Part shown: positions 57,050 through 64,000 of the stretch, piece by piece
Layout of the letters: every line of letters begins with the position of its first letter
How positions within the stretch are numbered: position 1 is the first letter of the stretch
NCBI GenBank assembly: GCA_012719355.1
Contig: JAAYAM010000050.1
Span: 1,918-65,917, forward strand
Length of the DNA stretch: 64,000 nucleotides
Source: Acidobacteriota bacterium
GTDB taxonomy: Bacteria > Acidobacteriota > UBA6911
Direction: 5' to 3'
The notes under the pieces: generated by a model
The model's database searches: none
Seen by the model: the letters and a program-made list of their open reading frames with translations, nothing else
Told to the model about the DNA's origin: nothing
Translations under genes and position numbers: made by a program

Positions 57050-57879
57050 AACAGCCCGAGTGCGCGTAATTCAGCCACCGGCTCCTCGAAAGAACATGAT
57101 CCAAAAGAGACAAAAAAGAGCCGCGTCCGGCGGAGTCGATCCCCGGTTATACGCTTCCCTCTCCAGGTGATTTCTCCGCTCTCAAAAGAGAAGGCGTCGT
57201 GCTTCTCTTCCTCGATTATCGCTTTGAGAGTCGCCGCATCAGCGCCCTCGAGAGCGAAGGCTGCGGCTGCAGCCACATTCAGGAAACCGTGCATCGTTCC
57301 GGAATGGAGTGCGTGATGCAGACCGGCCGTGGCCTTGAAAGACAGCGATTTCTTCGCACATTCGAGAATAAACCGCGCCAACCGGTCGGCGGCAGGCGTC
57401 ATACCTTCTCTTACTCCACCAGTCCTTATCTTGGCGCGCCCTCCGCCTTTAGCCAGGCCGGAGAGGAACGCCTCGAGCCTCTCATCTACCGCAAGTTCCC
57501 AGTAAGTCGGCATTCCGCCGCAAAGTTGCTGCACCCGGCTCAGTTCTTCAAGTTCCGGCACGTTCAGCTCGAGTGTATCTATCGTGAAAAAGGGATCGTT
57601 CCGGTTGTTAAAATCTCTGATGCTTCTCAGATCCGATTCCGGGTCATCCCCCACCAGTGCGCTTATACGCCAGGGGAGTGTTTCTCTTACCTTGCGCCGC
57701 GATTTGTTCAGCGCCGCCTCCATCTCGGCGAGCCTCGACGCGGGAACGATGAAACGGCCCAGAAGCCGGCACCATTCTCCCGCGCGGTATTCCGCGTAAT
57801 TGCCGACCGCCTTATCCATAGTCAAGCCCGCGGGAGGAAACAGGCCGGCGTAATCTATAATCGAGTCCGTCAGGATCAC
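57046..57879 (-). CDS. uncharacterised protein (no family recognised) embedded in the homogentisate-pathway operon
   Basis: 277 aa. ATGA overlaps with both hmgA and fahA. His-rich internal motif (ATAGLHHALHSGTMHGF). Not GST-like. Confidence 0.4.
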   Translation of the reverse strand: MILTDSIIDYAGLFPPAGLTMDKAVGNYAEYRAGEWCRLLGRFIVPASRLAEMEAALNKSRRKVRETLPWRISALVGDDPESDLRSIRDFNNRNDPFFTIDTLELNVPELEELSRVQQLCGGMPTYWELAVDERLEAFLSGLAKGGGRAKIRTGGVREGMTPAADRLARFILECAKKSLSFKATAGLHHALHSGTMHGFLNVAAAAAFALEGADAATLKAIIEEEKHDAFSFESGEITWRGKRITGDRLRRTRLFFVSFGSCSFEEPVAELRALGLL

Positions 57880-59039
57880 TCGGCGCTTCCTTCCTTCCAG
57901 GATAGATAATACTTTTTGTCCTCGATCTCGAGCGCCTGTCTGCTGACCCTTAGAGGACGGAATGTGTCGAGCATGACTGCCAGCTCATTGGTGGACTCCT
58001 TGCCAATGGAATCCTCCATGCGGCCCGGCTGCGGTCCATGCGGCATTCCGCACGGGTGAAACGTAATCGAACCGTACTCGATTCCTTTACGGCTCATGAA
58101 TTCAGCATTAGCGTAATAGATGACCTCGTCCGACATGACATTGGAGTGGTTATAAGGAGCGGGTATAGCCGCAGGATCGAAATCGTACGGGCGCGGGCAG
58201 AAGGAGCAGATCACGTAACCTTCCCCTTCGAATGTCTGGTGAACCGGGGGAGGAAGATGGAAGCGGCCGACCCGTGGTTCGAAATCCTCGATGTTGAGTG
58301 CCCATGGATAGTAGTAGCCATCCCACCCTACGACATCGAACGGATGATGATCCAGGATGATTTCCGTGAGCTGGTTACGGGATTTTATGACAACCGGGAA
58401 TTCGTCCTGCTCCTCGTACACAGTCAAATCCTCAGGCCTTCTGATGTCTCGCTCGCAGAACGGGCTGACTTCGAGCAACTGCCCATGGTCGTTCCTGTAC
58501 CGCAAAGGAGTCCTCACCGGCCCTGCGCTTTCAATGATCAAAAAGTCGACTGAGCCCGGATCGAAGCGATAGCGGTGGAGAATCCCTCGGGGGATTACTA
58601 CGTAGTCGCCCTTCCGGAACGGAAGTTCTCCCATCTGCGACTCCAGCACCCCGCTCCCTTCGGAGACAAATACCAGTTCATCCCCCTGTGCATTGCGATA
58701 GAAGAACTCGTCGGCACGCTCCGGACGGACAAACGAAACCGCCACGTCCGCGTTGAAGAGCAATGGTGTACGGTTGACTACCGGGCTCGCACCGTGCAGT
58801 TCCCGGGTGCGGAAGTGTCGCAGCCTCAGGGTAGAATCAGCGTCCGCCGCCCATGTCAGTTCCATACGCTGCCTGACGTGCAAAACAGACGTGGGTCTCC
58901 TGAGGTGATAAAGCAGAGAAGACAGCCCGGAGAAGCCCTCGCTCCCGACAAGTTCTTCATAAAAAAGAGAGCCTGCCGTGTTTCGAAAAACGCTATGTCG
59001 TTTCGGGGGGATTCGCCCTGCTTTGTGATAAATAGGCAT
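57876..59039 (-). CDS. hmgA: homogentisate 1,2-dioxygenase (short bacterial cupin form)
   Basis: Cupin blocks (GDELVFVSEGSGVL...GDYVVIPRGILHRY), about 387 aa. Sits between hppD and fahA. Confidence 0.6.
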   Translation of the reverse strand: MPIYHKAGRIPPKRHSVFRNTAGSLFYEELVGSEGFSGLSSLLYHLRRPTSVLHVRQRMELTWAADADSTLRLRHFRTRELHGASPVVNRTPLLFNADVAVSFVRPERADEFFYRNAQGDELVFVSEGSGVLESQMGELPFRKGDYVVIPRGILHRYRFDPGSVDFLIIESAGPVRTPLRYRNDHGQLLEVSPFCERDIRRPEDLTVYEEQDEFPVVIKSRNQLTEIILDHHPFDVVGWDGYYYPWALNIEDFEPRVGRFHLPPPVHQTFEGEGYVICSFCPRPYDFDPAAIPAPYNHSNVMSDEVIYYANAEFMSRKGIEYGSITFHPCGMPHGPQPGRMEDSIGKESTNELAVMLDTFRPLRVSRQALEIEDKKYYLSWKEGSAE

Positions 59040-59062
59040 GTCTACCTCGATTCGGAAAAGCG

Positions 59063-60157
59063 CTACAGGTTACCCCGCCGCGCCTGTTCGCGCTCGATCG
59101 CCTCGAAAAGAGCCCTGAAGTTTCCTTTCCCGAACCCTCTGCTCCCCGCACGCTGGATGATTTCGTAAAAGAGCGTTGGGCGGTCTTCCACCGGTTCCGT
59201 AAAGATCTGCAGCAGATATCCTTCCTGATCGCGGTCGACCAGGATCCCGAGCCGCCTGATCTCCTTCAGATCCTCTTTGATTGCCCCGACCCTTTGCGGC
59301 AGAATTTCGTAATAGCTGTCCGGCACCTTGAGGAATGAGACGCCATTTGTTCTCAAAACTTCGACAGTCCCGATGATATCTTCGGTCAGAAGCGCAATGT
59401 GCTGAACGCCAGGTCCCTGGTAGAAGTCGAGATACTCCTGGATCTGGCTCTTCTTTCGTCCAGGGGCGGGCTCATTGATCGGCATCTTCAGCGCAGCCGC
59501 TTCATTCGACATCACGATGCTCATCAGGGCGCTGTATTCGGTGGAAATGTCCCTATCATCAAAAGTCAGATAACGGTGGAACCCGAGGACCCGGCTGTAC
59601 CATTCCGCCCAGTAATTCATCTTTCCCAGTTCCACGTTGCCGACGATGTGGTCGACGGATACGATGCAGGCGCCTGTGCTTTCCCGGACCGCCACTTCAT
59701 ATCCCGGGAGAAAGGGGCCGTTATACGACTCCCGGGAGATCAACGAGTGGATGGTATCGCCGTAGCTCCGGATCGCCGCATGCCGGATCGTTCCCATGGC
59801 ATCAGACAACGTCCGCGGACGCACCGCCTCCTGCGCACCTTGGGATACCGCATAAGCAAACGCCCGGTCGACATCCTCGACCTCGAAAGCTATATCGCGC
59901 GCGCCGTCTCCATGCCTTCGGATGTGCTCGCTCATGTCTCCCGAGGAAGACAGCGGCGTCGAGACAACAAACGTCGCATTCCCCTGCTTCAAAACATATG
60001 AGGAAAGATCGCGACGTCCGGTCTCGAGCCCGGCATATGCTTCGACGCGAAAACCGAATGCCTTATGGTAGAAGAAGGCAGCCTGTTTTGCGTTTCCGAC
60101 GAGAAACTCGACATGGTGCAGTCTTTTGAGTTTGAGAGGATTTTCGGTCATCTTCAT
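59063..60157 (-). CDS. hppD: 4-hydroxyphenylpyruvate dioxygenase
   Basis: Two VOC modules with an N-terminus ([18 protein letters not shown]) and C-terminal metal ligands (HIALLTEDI...FYEIIQR), 364 aa. Confidence 0.85.
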   Translation of the reverse strand: MKMTENPLKLKRLHHVEFLVGNAKQAAFFYHKAFGFRVEAYAGLETGRRDLSSYVLKQGNATFVVSTPLSSSGDMSEHIRRHGDGARDIAFEVEDVDRAFAYAVSQGAQEAVRPRTLSDAMGTIRHAAIRSYGDTIHSLISRESYNGPFLPGYEVAVRESTGACIVSVDHIVGNVELGKMNYWAEWYSRVLGFHRYLTFDDRDISTEYSALMSIVMSNEAAALKMPINEPAPGRKKSQIQEYLDFYQGPGVQHIALLTEDIIGTVEVLRTNGVSFLKVPDSYYEILPQRVGAIKEDLKEIRRLGILVDRDQEGYLLQIFTEPVEDRPTLFYEIIQRAGSRGFGKGNFRALFEAIEREQARRGNL

Positions 60158-60427
60158 CTGCGCTTCCTGCTCTGTCCCACTACCGGAAGCAGGACCGAAT
60201 TGCCGGCGAACGGATGCGCCGGGCGAGGGGGGATTCTATGCTTCATGATAGGTGAATTCCTGGCGGTTGCCAACTCCGATTCAGATACAAAATTTGCACG
60301 ATCTCGCGCGGATGTGTACTATTTGAGTAATCCCCCCCTTGGTGGTCCCAATAAAAGCTTGGACTTCCCGGCCGACACCTGGCCGGGACATGCCGCAAGT
60401 TGTGTCATGTCTGGAAAGGAGCAAACA

Positions 60428-60679
60428 ATGCACCGCAACGTGGGGAATAGGGAGAGGAATATACGTCTTGCCGGCGGCCTTGTCGCGCTTGGGCTCGGCC
60501 TGTTCGCACCGCTCGGCAAGCCGGGAAAAATCGCAGCAATCAGCATCGGCGCAGCCGAATTGTTCACAGGGATAACGAAGTACAGTCCCGTCAATCAGAT
60601 GTTAGGCATCAAGAGGCACAGACGGGGCCCGATCCGGCAGATCGGCCACGGTATAGGAAAGATCCGGGCGATCGTATGA
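60428..60679 (+). CDS. DUF2892 (YgaP-like) small inner-membrane protein
   Basis: AAGGAG RBS. MHRNVGNRERNIRLAGGLVALGLGLFAP... followed by a second hydrophobic helix. The 5' extension in the ORF track overlaps hppD in antisense and is rejected. Confidence 0.45.
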   Translation: MHRNVGNRERNIRLAGGLVALGLGLFAPLGKPGKIAAISIGAAELFTGITKYSPVNQMLGIKRHRRGPIRQIGHGIGKIRAIV

Positions 60680-61128
60680 ACCGCCAGCCTCGCGAATCGG
60701 ACATTGTCAAGACTCAGACGCCGCCCCGTGTCCTAAACCGCATCGAGAAGAAGAAGAGGAAGATCGAGGAGAGCATCCGGCATTTCGCGCTGCAGCCTGA
60801 GCATCTCCTTTCCCGCCGCATCGAGGAACTGGACCGCAAATGGGACATCGAACGCGTGCTCGAAGTGAATGCATCAATCCTCGGTCTCTCAGGCCTCCTG
60901 CTGTCGCTCAAAGTTGACAAGAGATTCCTGCTGCTGACCGGCGGCGCACTGGGATTCCTGCTGCAACATTCTCTCACGGGGTGGTGCCCGCCCGTCTTTG
61001 TCCTTCGCCGGCTCGGGTTTCGCACAAGACAAGAGCTCGACCGCGAGAAGTTTGCTTTGAAGGCCCTCCGGGGAGATTTCCAGTCTATCTCGCCGAACCG
61101 GTCGAAGAAGACGCCTTCACCGCAGTGA
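60676..61128 (+). CDS. DUF2892-like membrane protein (GWCP motif) with charged N-terminal extension
   Basis: ATGA overlap with the previous gene. The helix pair ILGLSGLLLSL...LTGGALGFLLQHSLTGWCPP has the YgaP-type G-W-C-P motif. Confidence 0.4.
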   Translation: MNRQPRESDIVKTQTPPRVLNRIEKKKRKIEESIRHFALQPEHLLSRRIEELDRKWDIERVLEVNASILGLSGLLLSLKVDKRFLLLTGGALGFLLQHSLTGWCPPVFVLRRLGFRTRQELDREKFALKALRGDFQSISPNRSKKTPSPQ

Positions 61129-61253
61129 AATGCCAGCCATCAGGGGTGGGCCGCGCCGCCGTCTCACCCCGTCTTGCCGTTCTCTCTTCCTGAAAAAACC
61201 GCACGGAAAACTCCGGGTTATCGGTATACTGGGCGCTCCCGGCAGGAAGAGGT

Positions 61254-63026
61254 ATGCGGCATAGGAATATTCGAAGTTTTCTCGAGACACTCAGGCGCGA
61301 ATCAGAACTTCACGTCATTGAAGTGCCTGTCGACCCGGATCTGGAACTCGCTGAAATCCAGAGAAGGGTTGTGGCACATGAGGGACCGGCACTTCTGTTC
61401 ACGAATGTCACTGGATCGAAATTCCCGGTCGCAACCAATCTTTTCGGTACGCGAAGACGCATTGAACTCGCCTTCGGAGAGGATCCCGAACGCTTCTTCA
61501 GAAGAGTGGCCGAGGCGGTTGAAATCCTGGCTGCGCCATCCGTTTCAAAGCTATGGGAATTCCGGGATATCGCAAAGACGGCTCTGAGACTGGGAACCCG
61601 AAGACTCCGGTCCGGACCGGTAATCGAATGCGTTATGAATCCTCCGCGGCTCAAGGACCTCCCGCAGATAAGAAGCTGGCCGATGGACGGAGGAGCATTT
61701 CTGACCCTGCCCCTGGTTTATACCGAGCATCCCCTGACAGGCAAACCAAATCTCGGCATGTACCGGAATCAGATCTTCGATGACCGTGTCGCCGGCATGC
61801 ACTTTCAGATTCATAGAGGCCTCGGATTCCATTACCACGAGGCGGAAAAGATGCTGAAACCGCTGCCGGCGAATATCTTTCTGGGAGGCCCGCCCGCACT
61901 GATCATGTCGGCGATCGCACCCCTGCCCGAAAACGTCCCGGAAGCGGTTCTGGCGTCACTGCTGCAGGGGCAGAAACTGGAAATCATAAGAGATGAGCGA
62001 ATCAGTCGGCTTCCGGTTGTTGCAGAAGCCGAGTTCGCTCTCATCGGACAGATTCCCTGTGAAATTCGGCGCACCGAGGGTCCTTTCGGGGATCACTACG
62101 GCTATTACTCACTCGCGCATCCCTACCCCGTCTTTGAGGCGGCCCGTGTATATCATCGGAAGGACGCCATATTCCCGGCGACAGTGGTCGGGCGTCCAAG
62201 GCAGGAAGACCATTACATCGGAGAATACCTCCAGGACTTGTTCTCTCCGTTGTACCCGCTGGTGATGAACGGTGTCGAGAGAGTATGGGCCTACGATGAC
62301 GCGGGGGTCCACACTCTGGCGAGCGCCGTCGTAAAAGAACGCTACCGCAAAGAAGCTTTCATGGCCGCCATGAGGATCCTGGGAGAAGGACAGCTCTCAT
62401 TGACCAAGTTCCTGCTCGTTACCGATGCCCGTCTGCCTCTCAGGGATTTCCGGCCCCTGTTGACCCACATACTTGAGAGGGCGGATTTTTCTTCCGACCT
62501 CTTTGTTTTCTCACCGGTGTCACAGGATACCCTGGACTATACGAGCAACACGATTAACGAAGGAAGCAAGGCAGTCCTGATGGGCCTCGGAGACAGGCGT
62601 TTCACACTGCAGGCGGAGCTTAGAGCCGAGCTTAAGGATCCAATCTTCCGAACCCAGAAACTGTTCTCGCCGGGAGTCCTCGTCGTGGAAGGGCCCGCCT
62701 GGCGCGAAAATGACGGTGTCATCGCTCGATTACTCGAAGAAGAGGCTGTGCAGCCCTTCAGAATGGTGTTTCTGGTCGACAGCGCGCATGAATCCACGGA
62801 GAGCGATGAATCGTTCCTGTGGACGGTCTTTACCCGATTCGAACCTGCGGCGGACATTCATGCCAGGGAAACACGGCTCGAGCGCTTTCACGTTCAACTG
62901 TCATCTCCCGTTGCGTTCGACTGCAGGATGAAGCCATGGTATCCTCCGGCACTCGAACCGCTGCCGGAGACAATCGCACGCGTCGACAGGCTATGGCCGG
63001 CGATATTCGGGGATGGCGGCCGCTGA
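61254..63026 (+). CDS. UbiD family decarboxylase (prFMN-dependent; menaquinone/ubiquinone-type), C-terminally extended (590 aa)
   Basis: The N-terminus is collinear with UbiD (RSFLETLRRESELHVIEVPVDPDLELAEIQRRVVAHEGPALLFTNVTGSKFPVATNLFGT). Confidence 0.8.
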   Translation: MRHRNIRSFLETLRRESELHVIEVPVDPDLELAEIQRRVVAHEGPALLFTNVTGSKFPVATNLFGTRRRIELAFGEDPERFFRRVAEAVEILAAPSVSKLWEFRDIAKTALRLGTRRLRSGPVIECVMNPPRLKDLPQIRSWPMDGGAFLTLPLVYTEHPLTGKPNLGMYRNQIFDDRVAGMHFQIHRGLGFHYHEAEKMLKPLPANIFLGGPPALIMSAIAPLPENVPEAVLASLLQGQKLEIIRDERISRLPVVAEAEFALIGQIPCEIRRTEGPFGDHYGYYSLAHPYPVFEAARVYHRKDAIFPATVVGRPRQEDHYIGEYLQDLFSPLYPLVMNGVERVWAYDDAGVHTLASAVVKERYRKEAFMAAMRILGEGQLSLTKFLLVTDARLPLRDFRPLLTHILERADFSSDLFVFSPVSQDTLDYTSNTINEGSKAVLMGLGDRRFTLQAELRAELKDPIFRTQKLFSPGVLVVEGPAWRENDGVIARLLEEEAVQPFRMVFLVDSAHESTESDESFLWTVFTRFEPAADIHARETRLERFHVQLSSPVAFDCRMKPWYPPALEPLPETIARVDRLWPAIFGDGGR

Positions 63027-63137
63027 GGGGGCGTGGCAGTTCGACCTAAACTTTCAAATGGTACCGGCCGATCATTAGGAATGCCACTTCAGTCCGCTTT
63101 TTGACTGAAAAACAAAAAGATAAGAAGACAGAGCACA

Positions 63138-63659
63138 ATGAAAAACAAGAAGAAACAAGCCCCGGAGACGGAACGTAGGAAGTGGCCTCGTTTGAAACCT
63201 TCGTCAATTCCTTCTCTGAAGAGCGTCGCTCTCGGACAGGGAACAGAAATCGATGCCATCGACATTTCGCAGGGAGGAATGCTCGTCGAGACTGAGGTGC
63301 GGCTGCGTCCGCAGATGAGAATCCATCTGAAACTGGTAACGAGCGACGGGATAATCAGGCTGGAAGGATCCGTCCTGCGCTCGTCGATCGCCTCTCTGAA
63401 AGGGATTCCACGCTATAAGTCGGCAATAGCATTCGAACAGCCGTTTAATCAGCTGAATCAGCTGTCCGGCCCGGTACAACCTCAGTCGGAGCCACCGGAG
63501 GAGACTCCTTCATTCGATGAGTCCGTAGACGAGGGCGACAATCCTTTCACCCGGCTGGCTTATGGCGAATTCGACGAGAACTCGGCGATTCTCACTGTAA
63601 TTGCACGGGATATCAGCGACTCGTCGATCCGGGAGAACGTCAAGCTTAACGACTGGTGA
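63138..63659 (+). CDS. PilZ domain protein (c-di-GMP receptor candidate)
   Basis: RxxxR (RRKWPR) and D-x-S-x-x-G (DISQGG) PilZ motifs, 173 aa. Confidence 0.6.
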   Translation: MKNKKKQAPETERRKWPRLKPSSIPSLKSVALGQGTEIDAIDISQGGMLVETEVRLRPQMRIHLKLVTSDGIIRLEGSVLRSSIASLKGIPRYKSAIAFEQPFNQLNQLSGPVQPQSEPPEETPSFDESVDEGDNPFTRLAYGEFDENSAILTVIARDISDSSIRENVKLNDW

Positions 63660-63723
63660 TCAGCGATACGGAGATCCGAAAAGAGCTGTATAATCGAGGC
63701 TGCTATTCAGCTACCCGGCCGGT

Positions 63724-64000
63724 ATGAACGTACTATTCGTCACAGATGATCTGAGAGAAGCGGATCTCATCAAGAGCGAACTGGAGAAGTATATCCCCTC
63801 TTTCCGTCTCGACATTTCTCCGGGGATTCCGACGGCGGCAAGCAAGCTCGCCGGTCCAGACCTCGTCGATATCGTCCTGCTCGATACATCCGTATCACAT
63901 CCCGACAAGATCACGATCGCTGCTTCAATCAGAAAAGCAAACAGGTCGACGGGCGTTGTCGCGCTGATGCGTGAGTCGGACCCGACGCCGCATCAGGACC
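63724..64000 (+). CDS. response regulator receiver domain protein (5' part; continues beyond window)
   Basis: MNVLFVTDDLREADLI...DIVLLDTSV is a CheY-like receiver with conserved acidic residues. No stop before the window end. Confidence 0.55.
   Translation, partial: MNVLFVTDDLREADLIKSELEKYIPSFRLDISPGIPTAASKLAGPDLVDIVLLDTSVSHPDKITIAASIRKANRSTGVVALMRESDPTPHQD

Noticed and set aside
60065-60427. 5' extension of the DUF2892 ORF
   Set aside because: It overlaps hppD on the opposite strand. The real start at 60428 has an AAGGAG RBS.
1-64000. CRISPR arrays, transposases, integrases, rRNA or tRNA genes
   Set aside because: None found on visual scanning. No regularly spaced direct repeats, no DDE or tyrosine-recombinase ORFs, and no tRNA-like cloverleaf signatures in intergenic regions.

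Overview
This 64 kb window is high-GC (about 60%) bacterial chromosomal DNA, densely coding, with many short start/stop overlaps that suggest translational coupling. I found no rRNA, tRNA, CRISPR array or transposase. Because most genes are housekeeping, it looks like a core region, possibly from an Acidobacteria- or Planctomycetes-like soil bacterium (suggested by a multiheme Rieske/cyt b locus, futalosine-pathway genes, YVTN beta-propeller and NEW3 proteins, and a PilX-type minor-pilin operon). Taxonomy is inference only.

Gene content, left to right:
- A translationally coupled respiratory operon: class I GATase, a GltD/NfnB-like Fe-S flavoprotein, a Rieske protein, a long cytochrome b, and a partial c-type cytochrome at the left edge.
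- A GPH sugar symporter plus a GH3 beta-glucosidase.
- folK, then an isolated nuoM/nuoL pair, then coaE.
- A surface-glycan-like cluster: epimerase, GT-C glycosyltransferase, methyltransferase, YVTN propeller.
- asnS, a CYTH protein, a P-loop kinase::dCMP-deaminase fusion, namZ.
- An HNH endonuclease, mqnA, and the dprA-topA pair.
- An EF-G paralog, lgt, rluD, a VWA protein.
- An orphan BlaI-family repressor with a Tat-exported DUF362-like protein.
- thiI, a macro-domain protein, metY, and a MetX-MetW fusion.
- A 1045-aa class A PBP-like protein.
- zwf-opcA-pgl.
- An operon of ABC-2 permease, ABC ATPase and a NEW3-like anchored protein.
- A minor-pilin operon (GspH/FimT-like, PilV, PilW, and a large PilX).
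- A tyrosine-catabolism operon (hppD, hmgA, an unknown protein, fahA).
- Two tandem DUF2892 membrane proteins, a UbiD-family decarboxylase, a PilZ protein, and a partial response regulator at the right edge.

The most notable non-coding signal is a family of hairpin-rich repeat elements bounded by GGGACGACCGA direct repeats. It is present twice, downstream of topA and downstream of the PilX gene. There is also a perfect 40-bp palindrome in the divergent region upstream of the pilin operon.

The strongest candidates for novelty are:
- the NAD(P)H-flavoprotein-linked Rieske/cyt b complex;
- the uncharacterised protein occupying the maleylacetoacetate-isomerase slot of the tyrosine-degradation operon;
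- the kinase-deaminase fusion, which resembles nucleotide-depleting antiphage deaminases;
- the repeat-element family.
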